A stretch of DNA of 64,000 nt, from assembly GCA_016191015.1 (NCBI GenBank), contig JACPPM010000044.1:3862-67861 (forward strand). Reading direction: 5' to 3'. The translations under genes were made by a program, and so were the position numbers. Positions within the stretch are counted from its first letter, which is position 1. The number at the start of each line of letters is the position of its first letter. Below, piece by piece: positions 52,673 to 64,000 of the stretch. A model generated the notes under the pieces. That model saw only the letters and a program-made list of their open reading frames with translations, did no database searches and was not told the origin of the DNA. Source of the stretch: Acidobacteriota bacterium. GTDB taxonomy: Bacteria; Acidobacteriota; CAIWXX01.

Positions 52673-53206
52673 ATGGGGAATTGTCTGAGCTGCCTTCTGC
52701 TCGCAGCGGCCCTCTGGACAGCGACCGCCGGGCCTCTGGGTGCCCAATCCCCCACCCCGCAGTTCACCGAGAAGGATGAGCTGGTCCGAAGGTGGATGGC
52801 CATGCCCGAGGCCGAACGGGCGGAGCTCATCCAGAGATACGATCGGTTCAAAGCGATGCCCCAGGCACAGCAGGACGCGATCCGGAAGAGGTTCGAGACG
52901 TTTCAGAAGCTCACCCCGAGCCAGAGGGGGTTCATACAGAGCCGCTGGCAGACGTTCCAGAGCATGCCGCCGGAGGAACAGAGGGCGGCCAAGATGATCA
53001 TGACCCGTTTTCTGAAGCTCCCACCGGATCGCCAGCGACAGCTCGCACTCAAGTTCGAGATTCTCCGCCGCATGGGCCCCGAAGAACGCCAGGCCGCGCT
53101 CGACCGCAACCCCACCTTTCAGAAGATGCCACCGCCGATGCGCGAGGCCTTCCTGAAGATCGTCATGGCGGGACCGGTCTTTAAAGATCCTCTCATGGGC
53201 CGCTGA
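52673..53206 (+). CDS. DUF3106-like periplasmic repeat protein
   Basis: Signal peptide MGNCLSCLLLAAALWTATA. Repeated units: RYDRFKAMPQAQQDAIRKRFETFQKLTPSQR, RWQTFQSMPPEEQR and FEILRRMGPEERQ. Confidence 0.65.
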   Translation: MGNCLSCLLLAAALWTATAGPLGAQSPTPQFTEKDELVRRWMAMPEAERAELIQRYDRFKAMPQAQQDAIRKRFETFQKLTPSQRGFIQSRWQTFQSMPPEEQRAAKMIMTRFLKLPPDRQRQLALKFEILRRMGPEERQAALDRNPTFQKMPPPMREAFLKIVMAGPVFKDPLMGR

Positions 53207-53285
53207 TCGGATCCGACCCGGGCCCGGGCATTGGGGCGTGTGTCCATGTTTGAACCAGACGCGGGCATGTCCGCTTCCGGTCCAA

Positions 53286-53366
53286 CGCAGAGACGCAAAG
53301 CCGCAACGCCACCCAGTTCGGCCGAGAGCTTCTTTGGTGCTTTGCGCCTTTGCGCCTTTGCGTTTG
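53286..53366. repeat. k-mer-built imperfect hairpin (unit about CTTTGCG)
   Basis: cgcagagacgcaaagccgcaacgccaccc faces ggtgctttgcgcctttgcgcctttgcgtttg, roughly 80% complementary by eye. Confidence 0.65.
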
Positions 53367-53461
53367 AAAGGGTCTCGATCGGGGCCGATATTCCCTCCTC
53401 GTCACCACCCTTGCGAGTAGCCCCATCAAACCGTGGCATTACCAGACCTTGGCGATGGCGC

Positions 53462-53491
53462 TTGACGGCGCGGGGGTGCCCTGAATATACT
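53462..53491 (+). promoter_or_regulatory. Candidate sigma-70 promoter for pyrR
   Basis: TTGACG (53462-53467), an 18-nt spacer, then TATACT (53486-53491), immediately upstream of the pyrR ORF. Confidence 0.35.
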
Positions 53492-53498
53492 GCCGCCG

Positions 53499-54041
53499 GT
53501 GAAGATCAAGGCCCGGATCATGGACAGGAAGAAGATCCAGCGGGCCATTGCTCGGATCGCGCAGGAGATTCTCGAGCGGAATAAATCGCCTGAAGATCTG
53601 GCGCTTGTCGGAATCCGGACGCGTGGGGTGCCGATCGCCGAACGGATTGCGTCCGGAATCGAGTCGGAGGAGGGCCTGAAGGTTCCGATCGGCACTCTCG
53701 ACATCACGATGTATCGGGACGATTTGTCGAGCTCGCAGGAGCGGGCCGAGGTCCACAGAACGGACATTGCGTTCTCTGTCAACGACAAGGACGTCATCCT
53801 GGTGGACGACGTCCTCTTTACCGGTCGGACGATCCGAGCCGCTATGGACAGCCTGATCGACTTCGGCCGGCCGCGCACGATCCAGCTCGCGGTCCTGATC
53901 GACCGCGGTCATCGTGAGCTGCCCATTCGCGCCGACTACGCCGGCAAGGTCCTGCCGACGTCTCGCAAAGAGGTCGTACAAGTCCAACTGGAAGAGATCG
54001 ACGGTCAGGATGAGGTCCTGATCGTCGAAGGAGAGGCCTAA
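53499..54041 (+). CDS. pyrR: Bifunctional pyrimidine operon regulator / uracil phosphoribosyltransferase PyrR
   Basis: [12 protein letters not shown]...[19 protein letters not shown]...[16 protein letters not shown]. The start may instead be the ATG at 53520. Confidence 0.85.
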   Translation: MKIKARIMDRKKIQRAIARIAQEILERNKSPEDLALVGIRTRGVPIAERIASGIESEEGLKVPIGTLDITMYRDDLSSSQERAEVHRTDIAFSVNDKDVILVDDVLFTGRTIRAAMDSLIDFGRPRTIQLAVLIDRGHRELPIRADYAGKVLPTSRKEVVQVQLEEIDGQDEVLIVEGEA

Positions 54042-54123
54042 TGCCTCGCCAGCCGGGCAAGGTCAGGCTGGCTTCCGATTTTCCAGTCCATCCACACCCC
54101 GGTGACCCGGGAGGCAATCCGCC

Positions 54124-55089
54124 GTGCAACTGAGAAGCAAACACCTGATTGGAATCGAGCCTCTCACCAGGGACGAGATCCAGCTCATACTCGACACCGC
54201 CGACTCCTTCAAAGAGGTGTCGACGCGCGAGATCAAGAAAGTCCCCACCCTGCGTGGAAAGACGATCGTCACGCTTTTCTACGAGGCCTCCACAAGGACT
54301 CGCACTTCGTTCGAGCTGGCTGCCAAGCGCCTCAGCGCCGACACTGTTTCCATCTCCACAACCGCCAGCAGCGTGCAGAAGGGGGAGACACTCATCGACA
54401 CCGTCCGGAATATCGAGTCGATGGCAGCAGACTGTTTCATCGTCCGTCATTCCTGCTCGGGCGCTCCCCTGCTCCTCACGCGGGCGTGCCGTGCCAGTAT
54501 CGTCAACGCCGGCGACGGATCGCACGAGCACCCCACACAGGCATTGCTCGATGCCATGACGATTCGAGAGCGCAAGGGCCAGATCGAGGGGCTGCGCGTG
54601 GCGATTATCGGTGACATCCGTCACTCACGCGTCGCGCGGTCGAACATCCATCTCCTCACGAAGATGGGTGCCGAGGTTCGCGTGGCAGGCCCGGGCACGC
54701 TCCTCCCCACCGGGATCGGAAAGCTCGGCGCCACCGTGACCACCGACGCCGACGAAGCGATCACCGGGGCCGATGTCGTGATGATGTTGCGGATCCAGCA
54801 GGAACGGATGGACAGGTCCTTCTTCCCGAGTCTGCGGGAGTTCGCAAAGCTCTACGGGCTGAATCGCGAAAGGATGAAACGAGCCAGCCCGGATGCGATC
54901 GTCATGCACCCGGGTCCTATCAACAGGGGCGTCGAGATCGACCATGATCTGGCGGATTTCGAACGATCGGTGATCCTCGACCAGACCGCCAATGGTGTTG
55001 CGGTCAGGATGGCGGTCCTCTACCTCATCAGCCAGGCCGCGGCCGGCGCGGCCGGCGGCGCGGGCACCCCGACGGGAGGTGCGCATTGA
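54124..55089 (+). CDS. pyrB: Aspartate carbamoyltransferase catalytic subunit
   Basis: [14 protein letters not shown]...HPTQALLD...[11 protein letters not shown]...[12 protein letters not shown]. Confidence 0.9.
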   Translation: MQLRSKHLIGIEPLTRDEIQLILDTADSFKEVSTREIKKVPTLRGKTIVTLFYEASTRTRTSFELAAKRLSADTVSISTTASSVQKGETLIDTVRNIESMAADCFIVRHSCSGAPLLLTRACRASIVNAGDGSHEHPTQALLDAMTIRERKGQIEGLRVAIIGDIRHSRVARSNIHLLTKMGAEVRVAGPGTLLPTGIGKLGATVTTDADEAITGADVVMMLRIQQERMDRSFFPSLREFAKLYGLNRERMKRASPDAIVMHPGPINRGVEIDHDLADFERSVILDQTANGVAVRMAVLYLISQAAAGAAGGAGTPTGGAH

Positions 55090-56363
55090 AGCTTCTGATC
55101 AAGAATGGCCGGGTCGTCGACCCATCGCAGGATCTGGACGACACGCGCGATGTTCTGATCGTCGAAGGGAAAATCGCGAAGATCGATGCATCGATTCCTG
55201 AGGCAGGAGCTCAGGTGCTGCAGGCCGTGGGACGCGTCATCGCCCCGGGGTTCATCGACATGCACGTGCATCTGCGAGAGCCCGGTTACGAAGACAAGGA
55301 GACGATTCGCACGGGCTGTGCCGCCGCCGCGGCAGGCGGCTTCACGTCGATCTGTTGCATGCCGAACACGAATCCTGTCAACGACAGCCGGGCAGTGACC
55401 GAGTACATCCTGGCGCGGGCGCGCGAGGAAGGAGCCGTCAATGTGTACGCGATCGGCGCCATCACGCGGGGCTCACAGGGCGATCTGCTCTCCGAGATCG
55501 GCGACCTGCGCGCCGGCGGTTGCGTTGCCATCTCGGACGACGGGAAGCCGGTATCGAACGCTTTGATCATGCGCCGCGCGCTCGAGTATGCCGGCATGTG
55601 GAAGATGCCGGTCATCGACCACTGCGAGGATCTGAACCTGGCAGAGAACGGTGTGATGCACGAGGGGTATTACTCGACGGTGCTCGGGCTGAAGGGCATC
55701 CCGGGCATGTCCGAGGACGTCATGGTTCAGCGGAATATCCTCATCGCATCGGCCACGGGCCAGCATGTTCACATCGCGCATCTCTCGACCGCCGGCGCGA
55801 TCGCCGCCGTGCGCGAGGCGAAGCGGAGGGGGGTGCACATAACCTGTGAGGTGGCGCCGCATCACTTCGCTCTCACCGACAAGGATGTGTCCTCCTACGA
55901 CACGTCCACCAAGATGAAGCCACCCTTGAGGAGCGAAGAGGACCGGCAGGCGTTGCTCGCCGCCCTGAAGGATGGCACCGTCGACTGCATCGCAACAGAC
56001 CACGCCCCGCACACGTATGATGAGAAAAACGTCGAGTACGACTACGCCCCCTTCGGCATTGTCGGTCTCGAAACAGCCGTCTCGTTGTCACTCGACCGCC
56101 TCGTGCACTCGGGGCTGATCTCCATGACCCGCCTCGTGGGCCTTCTCTCCACCAATCCCGCGCGAATCCTCGGACTCAAAGGTAAAGGATCGCTGCGCAT
56201 CGGCTCGGACGCCGATGTCACCCTCCTGAACCCTCAACGAAAGATAACCGTGGACGCGGACCGATTCCGATCAAAGGGGCGCAATACGCCCTTCAACGGG
56301 TGGAAACTGAAGGGCGCCCCGGCAGCGACGATTGTCGCAGGCAAAATCGTTTGGCAGGAGTGA
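55086..56363 (+). CDS. pyrC: Dihydroorotase
   Basis: [14 protein letters not shown]...HIAHLST...ATDHAPH; overlaps the pyrB stop. Confidence 0.9.
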   Translation: MKLLIKNGRVVDPSQDLDDTRDVLIVEGKIAKIDASIPEAGAQVLQAVGRVIAPGFIDMHVHLREPGYEDKETIRTGCAAAAAGGFTSICCMPNTNPVNDSRAVTEYILARAREEGAVNVYAIGAITRGSQGDLLSEIGDLRAGGCVAISDDGKPVSNALIMRRALEYAGMWKMPVIDHCEDLNLAENGVMHEGYYSTVLGLKGIPGMSEDVMVQRNILIASATGQHVHIAHLSTAGAIAAVREAKRRGVHITCEVAPHHFALTDKDVSSYDTSTKMKPPLRSEEDRQALLAALKDGTVDCIATDHAPHTYDEKNVEYDYAPFGIVGLETAVSLSLDRLVHSGLISMTRLVGLLSTNPARILGLKGKGSLRIGSDADVTLLNPQRKITVDADRFRSKGRNTPFNGWKLKGAPAATIVAGKIVWQE

Positions 56364-56367
56364 GCTT

Positions 56368-56465
56368 TTAGCCATTGGCCGTTAGCCCATAGCGGCCGGA
56401 AGCCTAATCCCGTTGTCTCGGCAATGCCGAATGGCTAATGGCTAACGACCAATCGCTAATGGCTA
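56368..56465. repeat. k-mer-built imperfect hairpin (unit about AATGGCTAA) between convergent genes
   Basis: ttagccattggccgttagcccatagcggcc faces gccgaatggctaatggctaacgaccaatcgctaatggcta. Confidence 0.65.
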
Positions 56466-57337
56466 CCCGCGCTGTAATCCCGCCATGTCTTGAGTGCCGT
56501 GGCCGTGATGATGAGCGCGCCGCCGATCACGCACCACCGCCCCGGCCGCTCGCCCTGAAACACCCACGCCCATACCGGATTCAGAACGGGCTCCAGATAG
56601 AGCAGGAGCGACGTTTCGAGCGCGGGCACGTGCTGGATGCTCGAGGTCAGCAGTGCGTACGCCAGGCCGATCTGGAAGATCCCAAGGTAGAGGACGATCG
56701 CCCAATCAGGTGCCGAGAAGCCGCCGAGCGGCAGAGCCCACGGCAGACAGGCAGTGAAGGCGATGATGTTCCCGATCGCGACGGCCGGACCGGCAGAGCC
56801 GCCGGCAGCGCCGCCGCCCCCCTTTCCCATCCATCGCAGGCCAGTGACCGTCAACGCCCAGCAGAGCCCGCTGGCCGCCGCGCAGACGTTGCCGGCAAAC
56901 GGATGCGGCGCGGTCGCGGCCGGCGCCTCCACCCCCAGGAGGAGCATCACGAGTCCCGCCACGAGGGCCGCCATGAACCCGACGTCGCTGCGCCTGATCG
57001 GTTCCTTGAGTAGGAGTGGACCCAGGAGAAGGATGTAGAGCGGGGCCGTGGCTTGCAGGAAGATCGTGCTCGCGGCCGTCGTCAGCTTGTTCGCCGTCAC
57101 AAAGAGGATCATCGTGGCCGCGTAGACGGCCCCAACCAGGAACGATCGGATACTCCACCCTCGCCGCGCTTCGCGCATCATCAGAAGCACGGCGACGGCG
57201 GCGATCCCTGATCGCAGGCTCGCCACCTGCCAACTCGTCATCGCACAGGCCTTCACACCAGCCCCGCCCGTCGAGAAGAGAAGCGCCGTGACGAGGATTC
57301 GAAGCCGCGCACCAACGTGAGATTCCCGCGTCAACAC
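56456..57337 (-). CDS. DMT-superfamily (EamA-like) transporter
   Basis: About 10 hydrophobic segments with duplicated EamA-like halves (LLFSTGGAGVKA...; FAGNVCAAASGLCWALT...). Confidence 0.75.
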   Translation of the reverse strand: MLTRESHVGARLRILVTALLFSTGGAGVKACAMTSWQVASLRSGIAAVAVLLMMREARRGWSIRSFLVGAVYAATMILFVTANKLTTAASTIFLQATAPLYILLLGPLLLKEPIRRSDVGFMAALVAGLVMLLLGVEAPAATAPHPFAGNVCAAASGLCWALTVTGLRWMGKGGGGAAGGSAGPAVAIGNIIAFTACLPWALPLGGFSAPDWAIVLYLGIFQIGLAYALLTSSIQHVPALETSLLLYLEPVLNPVWAWVFQGERPGRWCVIGGALIITATALKTWRDYSAGSH

Positions 57338-57407
57338 CCACTCCCCCTCCCGAATCTATCGTGACCCATGTGCGCCCTGCAGGCTGGAAGCCTGCCGCTC
57401 CTTCCGC

Positions 57408-58040
57408 TCACATGCGACGGAGGATTTCGGAGCGTTTCTGCTGATACTCGGCATCGGAGATCATGCCTCGGGACTTCAGCGCCGCCAGCTCCTCGAGCAA
57501 CTGCGTGGCCGTAGGGGCTCCTGGCGCGGCGGCGCCGGCCGCCGGCCCGGGTTCGAAAGCGGCCTTCGCCTTCAAGAGCGCCTGTTTAAACTCGATCGGA
57601 CGTGCAATGCCGCTCATCAGGTTGATCCCTGTGTCGCTGGCCGTGAGAATCTCGATCGTGCCGAAATCGAAAACCCGCCCGACCCAGCTCTGCCGCAACA
57701 GAACGTCGTTGATCTTGCTCAGTGACGAGTCCAACACCTCCTTGCTCATGATGCCGCGGCAACTCACCACCCGGCGATCGGTGACAATGAACTGCGTGCT
57801 TCTCCAGCGCACAACATCGACCGAAGCCGAGAGAAGCACGACGATGGCGATCGCACCAAACCCGACCGCCACATACACACCCTTCTCGTCGGCAAGAAAC
57901 CGCACAGCCAGGTACCCGGCGACCAGGGCCACGAGGACCAGGATCTCCTTACCCAGCCCGCCAAGAAGCGAGAGCCAGTGCAGCCGGGTGCGGACAAGGA
58001 TCTGCTCGTCTTCCAGAAGAACGCGTCGGATGTAATCCAA
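57408..58040 (-). CDS. Membrane protein with a bacterial PH (YdbS/T-like) domain and a C-terminal SHOCT motif
   Basis: LEDEQILVRTRLHWL, two TM helices, then RWRSTQFIVTDRRVVSCRG...ILTAS. SHOCT-like C-terminus LKSRGMISDAEYQQKRSEIL. Confidence 0.7.
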   Translation of the reverse strand: MDYIRRVLLEDEQILVRTRLHWLSLLGGLGKEILVLVALVAGYLAVRFLADEKGVYVAVGFGAIAIVVLLSASVDVVRWRSTQFIVTDRRVVSCRGIMSKEVLDSSLSKINDVLLRQSWVGRVFDFGTIEILTASDTGINLMSGIARPIEFKQALLKAKAAFEPGPAAGAAAPGAPTATQLLEELAALKSRGMISDAEYQQKRSEILRRM

Positions 58041-58111
58041 GGGGTTGCCTCACGACCCGCCGCGGCGAAGACGCAACCGATCAGGTCCATGGTGCCATCC
58101 GCGAGAACTGA

Positions 58112-58206
58112 GGAAATGCAGGACGCTAGGTGTGAAGTGCCAATTGCAAAACTCATGTAGCACTTCTTCATCTTGCATTTTGCATTTTGCACCTTGCATT
58201 TTGCAC
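58112..58206. repeat. k-mer-built repeat/hairpin (unit TTGCATTT / TGCAAAA)
   Basis: The right arm is ttgcattttgcattttgcaccttgcattttgcac. The left arm gaaatgcaggacgctaggtgtgaagtgccaattgcaaaa is partly complementary. Confidence 0.55.
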
Positions 58207-58250
58207 TCCCCCGGCAGACCGCGCAATCCCGCTCCGCGACAGAGCCGGAA

Positions 58251-59537
58251 TCAGGTCCCCTGTCTGACGGCGCGCACCCTGGCCGCAGCCGCTGTCTGCT
58301 GTCTCCCTTTGGCCTTCATGGCGGGAGCACGAGAGCGCAACAGCGATGCGACGCTCTGAACCTTGCCATTTGTCGACGGAGTTGCATGGGACGCACCACA
58401 TTTCTCCGGGCAGCGATCCTCATAGTCATCCGGCTCGGTGTAGGTCGACATGAACCCCTCGAAATTCCGCAATACCCACTTTCCCGGCGCCTGCGAGACC
58501 ACGTAGTTCGGAGCGATCGGCACCTTGCCTCCACCTCCCACCATGTCCACCACGAAATTCGGAACGGCGAAGCCGGTGGTGTGCCCACGCAGCGACTCGA
58601 TGATCTCGATCCCCTTGCTGATCGGAGCTCGGAAATGTTTTGTCCCCGGTGCGAGATCAGCCTGGTAGAGATAGTAGGGACGAACACGGATCTTGAGGAG
58701 CTCGTGCACGAGCTTCTTCATCACAACCGGACAATCGTTGACGCCCCGCATGAGAACGGTCTGGTTGCCGAGAGGCATGCCAGCATCGGCCAGGCGCGCG
58801 CAGGCAGCCGCCGATTCCGGCGTGATCTCGCGTGGGTGGTTGAAGTGTGTGTTGACGTAAATGGGGTGGTATTTGCGCAGCATCGAGCAGAGCTCGCTCG
58901 TGATCCTCATCGGAATCACAACCGGGACCCGCGTCCCGAATCGGATGATCTCGACATGCTCGATGGCTCTCAGCTTCGCCAGCACCCCTTCCAGCTTCTC
59001 GTCTGCGTAGACGAACGGGTCGCCTCCGGAAATCAGAACGTCCCGGATCTGCGGCGTCTCCGCGATGTAGGTGATCGCTTCCTGGATCTCGTCCAGATAC
59101 TCACCATGCATACCACCGCCAACAATCCTGCGCCGGGTGCAGAATCGGCAGTAGAACGAGCACTGCTCGGTGAGAATGAACAGCACCCGGTCAGGGTACC
59201 GATGGACGATCCGCTTGACCGGTGAGTAGTGTTCCTCCCCGATGTGGTCTTGCTCCTCCTCCGGCGCGCTGACAAGCTCCATGGACTGCGGAAACGCCTG
59301 TAACCCGACCGGATCATCTGGGTCGTTGAGGTCGATGAGCGACGCGTAGTACGGAGTCAGCGCGAAGCGAAAGTTCCTGGAGAGCCTCCGCACCTCCTCG
59401 CGCTGCCCTTCGCTGCACTGCATGAAATCTGCAAGGTCATCGGCGTTCTTGAGCGAATGGCTGACCTGCCAGCGCCAGTCGTTCCACTGCTCCGGAGCGA
59501 CCTCAGCCCACCGCGGGTGCCGTTTCGAGGGTTCCAT
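58251..59537 (-). CDS. kamA: KamA-family radical SAM enzyme (lysine 2,3-aminomutase-like)
   Basis: TEQCSFYCRFCTRR (CxxxCxxC)...ISGGDP...; the N-terminus (WNDWRWQ...) is typical of KamA. Confidence 0.85.
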   Translation of the reverse strand: MEPSKRHPRWAEVAPEQWNDWRWQVSHSLKNADDLADFMQCSEGQREEVRRLSRNFRFALTPYYASLIDLNDPDDPVGLQAFPQSMELVSAPEEEQDHIGEEHYSPVKRIVHRYPDRVLFILTEQCSFYCRFCTRRRIVGGGMHGEYLDEIQEAITYIAETPQIRDVLISGGDPFVYADEKLEGVLAKLRAIEHVEIIRFGTRVPVVIPMRITSELCSMLRKYHPIYVNTHFNHPREITPESAAACARLADAGMPLGNQTVLMRGVNDCPVVMKKLVHELLKIRVRPYYLYQADLAPGTKHFRAPISKGIEIIESLRGHTTGFAVPNFVVDMVGGGGKVPIAPNYVVSQAPGKWVLRNFEGFMSTYTEPDDYEDRCPEKCGASHATPSTNGKVQSVASLLRSRAPAMKAKGRQQTAAAARVRAVRQGT

Positions 59538-59814
59538 GTTTCTCCTTCCCTAGGACCATATCCCTTGTGGTACAAGATGCTGTAGTGCATCATCTCGGGG
59601 CCACAAGTGTGAATATAGGGAATGAGATCATCGATGTCAACGTTTTTCTCCACCGCTGAAATTCGGAATGGACTGCACGCAAGCACGCACGTGACGTCAT
59701 CCTGAGGAGCCGGGCGCAGCCCGGCGACGAAGGATCTCATCCATCGCCGCGGTCATGAGGATGAGATTCTTCGGGCGCCTGCGGCACCCTCAGAATGACA
59801 TCGGGCAGACGGAT

Positions 59815-60231
59815 TCAGACCAGCTCGTATTCCGAGAAGAAGAATCCGATCTCAAATCTTGCGGTGTCGGGAGCATCCGAGCCATGGATCGAATTCCGCT
59901 CGATCGACGTCCCATGGAGCTTTCGGATCGTACCGTCCGAGGCCTTGGCCGGATCGGTCGCGCCCATGACCTGGCGGAGCTGTGGGATTGCATTCTCGCG
60001 CTCGAGAACCATGGGAATCACAGGCCCTTCGGACATGAACTTCACGAGGCTGCCGTAAAACGGCCGTTCCCGGTGGACGGCATAAAACTGTCCCGCCTTC
60101 TTTTCGGACAATGACAGCATCTTCATCCCCGCGATCCTGAAGCCCGCGGCTTCGATCATAGCGAGTATCTTCCCGGCATCGCCGGCTGCGACCGTATCTG
60201 GTTTCAGGATCGCGAGCGTCCGTTCAAGCAT
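59815..60231 (-). CDS. ndk: Nucleoside diphosphate kinase
   Basis: ERTLAILKPD...FYAVHRERPFYGSLVKFMSEGPV...NSIHGSD. The ATG at 60231 has GGGAG upstream. Confidence 0.9.
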   Translation of the reverse strand: MLERTLAILKPDTVAAGDAGKILAMIEAAGFRIAGMKMLSLSEKKAGQFYAVHRERPFYGSLVKFMSEGPVIPMVLERENAIPQLRQVMGATDPAKASDGTIRKLHGTSIERNSIHGSDAPDTARFEIGFFFSEYELV

Positions 60232-60279
60232 GATATCTCCCTCTCGTATTCTTTGCGCGTACGTGCTCAAGTCAGGTAG

Positions 60280-60388
60280 AACCCACCACAAAACGCACAA
60301 AATGCGCAGAAATCACAGACGTTCAATACCTCTTTTTCATCCATTCCTCTTCCACCTTTTGTGCGTTCTGTGCCTTCTGTGGTTATCC
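60280..60388. repeat. k-mer-built imperfect hairpin (unit about TTTGTGCG / CGCACAAA)
   Basis: cacaaaacgcacaaaa (60287-60302) is complementary to ttttgtgcgttctgtg (60357-60372) at 15 of 16 positions. The flanking arms are made of related k-mers. Confidence 0.65.
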
Positions 60389-60432
60389 TGGCTGAGTCGG
60401 TAGATTCGTGTAGGATCAGAACTCAAGCTTTC

Positions 60433-61305
60433 TCAGGCGCCCATCGCCTCTTTGATCTTGTCACCGATGTCGGCGGGGCTGGTCGCAACGATCAGGCCGG
60501 CTTCCTCCATGATTCGCATCTTTTCCGCAGCCGTTTCCTTCCCTCCCGAGATAATGGCGCCGGCATGGCCCATCCGCCTTCCCGGCGGAGCCGTCTGGCC
60601 CGCGATGAAGCCGACGACGGGGATCTTCACGTTCTCCTTGATGAACTGCGCCGCCTCCTGCTCGGCCGAACCGCCGATCTCGCCGATCATGACGATCGCG
60701 CGCGTGTCCGAGTCGGCCGCGAAAAGCGGCAGAAGATCCATGAACGTGGACCCGATGATCGGGTCGCCGCCGATACCGACACAGGTGGACTGGCCTATGC
60801 CGAGGGAGGTGAGCTGATGGACGGCCTCGTATGTGAGCGTTCCCGATCTCGAAATGACGCCGACGGGGCCTTCCTTGTGGATGTGTGCCGGCATGATCCC
60901 CATCTTCGCCCGCCCCGGAGATATCACGCCGGGGCAGTTAGGCCCGATGAGTCGGGTCTTGCGGCGGGTGATCACGGCCTTCACCTTGAGCATGTCCGCG
61001 GTCGGAATGCCTTCTGAGATGCAGACGGCCAGGTCCAGTCCTGCATCGACGGATTCCAGGATCGCGTCGGCAGCGAAGAGCGGGGGCACGAAGATGAGAG
61101 TGGCGGTGACGCCTTCTTTCTCGACAGCCTCTGCCACCGTATTGAACACCGGTATCCCGTCCACGGATGTCCCGCCCTTGCCCGGGGTGACGCCTGCCAC
61201 GATCTTGGTTCCGTAGGCAACGCACTGGCGCGCGTGGAATCCGCCCTCCTTCCCCGTGATCCCCTGAACGACGACTCTCGTTTTTCCGTCAATCAAAATA
61301 CTCAT
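60433..61305 (-). CDS. sucD: Succinate--CoA ligase, alpha subunit
   Basis: [10 protein letters not shown]...[10 protein letters not shown]...[10 protein letters not shown]...MGHAGAII. Confidence 0.9.
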   Translation of the reverse strand: MSILIDGKTRVVVQGITGKEGGFHARQCVAYGTKIVAGVTPGKGGTSVDGIPVFNTVAEAVEKEGVTATLIFVPPLFAADAILESVDAGLDLAVCISEGIPTADMLKVKAVITRRKTRLIGPNCPGVISPGRAKMGIMPAHIHKEGPVGVISRSGTLTYEAVHQLTSLGIGQSTCVGIGGDPIIGSTFMDLLPLFAADSDTRAIVMIGEIGGSAEQEAAQFIKENVKIPVVGFIAGQTAPPGRRMGHAGAIISGGKETAAEKMRIMEEAGLIVATSPADIGDKIKEAMGA

Positions 61306-61309
61306 TCCA

Positions 61310-62470
61310 TCATCCCCTGCTCAGCGCAACGACCTTCTCAGCCGCGTCCCTCATCCCGTTCGCCACCGTGAAGTTCAGCCCGGAGCCACGCAGAATCTGA
61401 CTCCCCTGCTCGACGTTCGTGCCTTCCAACCGCACGACCATCGGCACATGCAGTCCCAGCTCAGTGGCCGCCTTCACAATCCCTTGCGCCACGATATCGC
61501 AGCGCATGATGCCGCCGAAGATGTTGATCAGCACGGCCTTCACATTCTTGTCCGAGAGCAGAATGCGGAAAGCGTTCTTCACCTGCTCTTCGTTGGCCCC
61601 GCCGCCGACATCCAGGAAGTTGGCGGGCATCCCGCCGGCGAGCTTGATGATGTCCATGGTCGCCATCGCGAGGCCCGCGCCGTTGACCATGCACCCGATC
61701 GTCCCGTCGAGCTTGATGTAGTTGAGGCTGTACTTGGAGGCCTCGACTTCGAGGGGATCCTCCTCTTCGAGGTCGCGCATTTCACGAATGTCCGCGTGTC
61801 GACTCAGCGCGTTGTCGTCGAAGTTGATCTTGGCGTCCAGCGCCAGCAGATTCTCATCTTCGGTCAGAATCAGCGGGTTGATCTCGACCAGGGACGCGTC
61901 CGTTTCTTCGAAGGCCCGGTATACACACTGCATGAAGGCGATGGCCTTCGACAGCAGAGGCGGCGGCAATTTGAGGGCGAAAGCCAGCTTGCGCGCCTGA
62001 TACGGCTGGAACCCCGCCGTAATGTCCACGTATTCCTTGAAAATCAGCTCAGGAGTCTCTTCCGCCACCTTCTCGATGTCGACCCCGCCGGCCCTCGAGG
62101 CCATCACGACGGGTGCGCCCGTGCGCCTGTCGATCACGATCCCCAGGTATAGCTCCTTTTTTATGTTGGACGCCTCTTCAACCAGCACGCGACGCACGAT
62201 GCGACCTTGAGGCCCGGTCTGATGCGTCTTGAGGCACATGCCAATGATCTCTTTCGCGACCAGCTCCACGTCCGACGGGGTCGCAGCCAGTCGAACTCCG
62301 CCGCCCTTGCCTCGCCCACCTGCGTGGATCTGAGCTTTGACGACCACCTTGCTCCGAAGCTTCTCAGCTACCCCGCGCGCTTCGGCCGGCGTAAACGCTA
62401 CTTCACCCCTCGGACACGCCACGCCATAGCGCCTGAGGATCGCCTTCGCCTGATATTCGTGAACCTTCAT
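61310..62470 (-). CDS. sucC: Succinate--CoA ligase, beta subunit
   Basis: [12 protein letters not shown]...[17 protein letters not shown]...[15 protein letters not shown]...[10 protein letters not shown]. Confidence 0.9.
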   Translation of the reverse strand: MKVHEYQAKAILRRYGVACPRGEVAFTPAEARGVAEKLRSKVVVKAQIHAGGRGKGGGVRLAATPSDVELVAKEIIGMCLKTHQTGPQGRIVRRVLVEEASNIKKELYLGIVIDRRTGAPVVMASRAGGVDIEKVAEETPELIFKEYVDITAGFQPYQARKLAFALKLPPPLLSKAIAFMQCVYRAFEETDASLVEINPLILTEDENLLALDAKINFDDNALSRHADIREMRDLEEEDPLEVEASKYSLNYIKLDGTIGCMVNGAGLAMATMDIIKLAGGMPANFLDVGGGANEEQVKNAFRILLSDKNVKAVLINIFGGIMRCDIVAQGIVKAATELGLHVPMVVRLEGTNVEQGSQILRGSGLNFTVANGMRDAAEKVVALSRG

Positions 62471-62683
62471 TCCAGCTCCTTATGACCGATCTTCCGTTCC
62501 GAGCGACCTGCCATTTTACATGAGTATGCGCTGAACACAAACTCTGTGCGACGCCCGAAATGGACGCCCGGCGGCCCCGACACGCGATGTGAAAACCGCG
62601 AGGGAGTCGAGTGGGCGAGGTAGCCCCTGCCCCGCGATGCGGACCAACCCTCGCCCCTGTCCTCAGCCCGTCGTTCCCGGATC

Positions 62684-63784
<1,101 letters not shown>

Positions 63785-64000
63785 TCACTCGATGATGTCG
63801 GTCCCGGGAGGCGGCGAGATCTTGAACCGGGACGACGAGATCGCAGGATTGACGACCGCATTTGTGAACGTGATCGTGGTCTCGTCGGTCGACTTCTCGT
63901 AAAGCTTGATCTTGGACGGGACAAAGGTCTTCCGATCGATCCACAGCTCGAATCTCGCGAACATCGATTCTTCGATCTTCCTCGGGATCAACCGGAGGTG
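63785..64000 (-). CDS. C-terminal part of a LolA-like / outer-membrane lipoprotein-sorting-type protein (5' end outside the window)
   Basis: The ORF is open to the window edge. The tail ELWIDRKTFVPSKIKLYEKSTDETTITFTNAVVNPAISSSRFKISPPPGTDII resembles LolA-fold C-termini (tentative). Confidence 0.45.
   Translation of the reverse strand, partial: HLRLIPRKIEESMFARFELWIDRKTFVPSKIKLYEKSTDETTITFTNAVVNPAISSSRFKISPPPGTDIIE

Noticed and set aside
58173-58206. Tandem TTGCATTT repeats (and similar k-mer arrays elsewhere), considered as a possible CRISPR or VNTR
   Set aside because: The units are only 7-9 nt with no spacers and only 3-4 copies, and they are paired with a complementary arm. They are better explained as part of the hairpin family than as a CRISPR array.
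59709-59725. GC-rich stem-loop gccgggc-gca-gcccggc downstream of ndk
   Set aside because: The stem is only 7 bp and no U tract follows on either strand, so this is insufficient to call an intrinsic terminator.

Overview
High-GC bacterial chromosomal window, possibly Acidobacteria-like, though lineage cannot be settled from the sequence alone. It has two parts. Roughly 0.9-33 kb is an accessory, conflict-system-like island. It contains a HEPN/MNT toxin-antitoxin pair and a MerR / VIT-vWA / DUF4062-NACHT-WD40 operon. It also contains a dense cluster in which three unrelated multidomain proteins all end in the same tandem RyR-like module: an ion-channel-like RCK protein, a RelA/SpoT-TPR-SLOG protein and a PfkB-like AAA+ protein. 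Interleaved with these are a zinc-ribbon-TIR-HEAT protein, a NUDIX hydrolase, a second DUF4062-NACHT STAND NTPase with a translationally coupled membrane protein, a sigma-54-type AAA+ activator without a recognisable HTH, a dual-specificity phosphatase and a small DnaJ-type zinc-finger protein. I regard this RyR/SLOG/TIR/NUDIX/STAND cluster as the best candidate for an undescribed signalling or defence system. The remainder (about 36-64 kb) is housekeeping: patatin/thioesterase, a two-component pair, an aroDE fusion, EAL-HDOD, tsaC, yceD-rpmF-plsX-fabH-fabG-acpP-fabF, etfBA, pyrRBC, kamA, ndk, sucCD and mdh. This part is peppered with an unusual family of intergenic imperfect hairpins, each built from its own short k-mer. 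Two of them are about 95% identical 210-bp MITE-like copies in inverted orientation around tsaC and a nitrilase gene. No rRNA, tRNA or CRISPR array was recognised by eye. All domain calls come from motif reading, not from searches.
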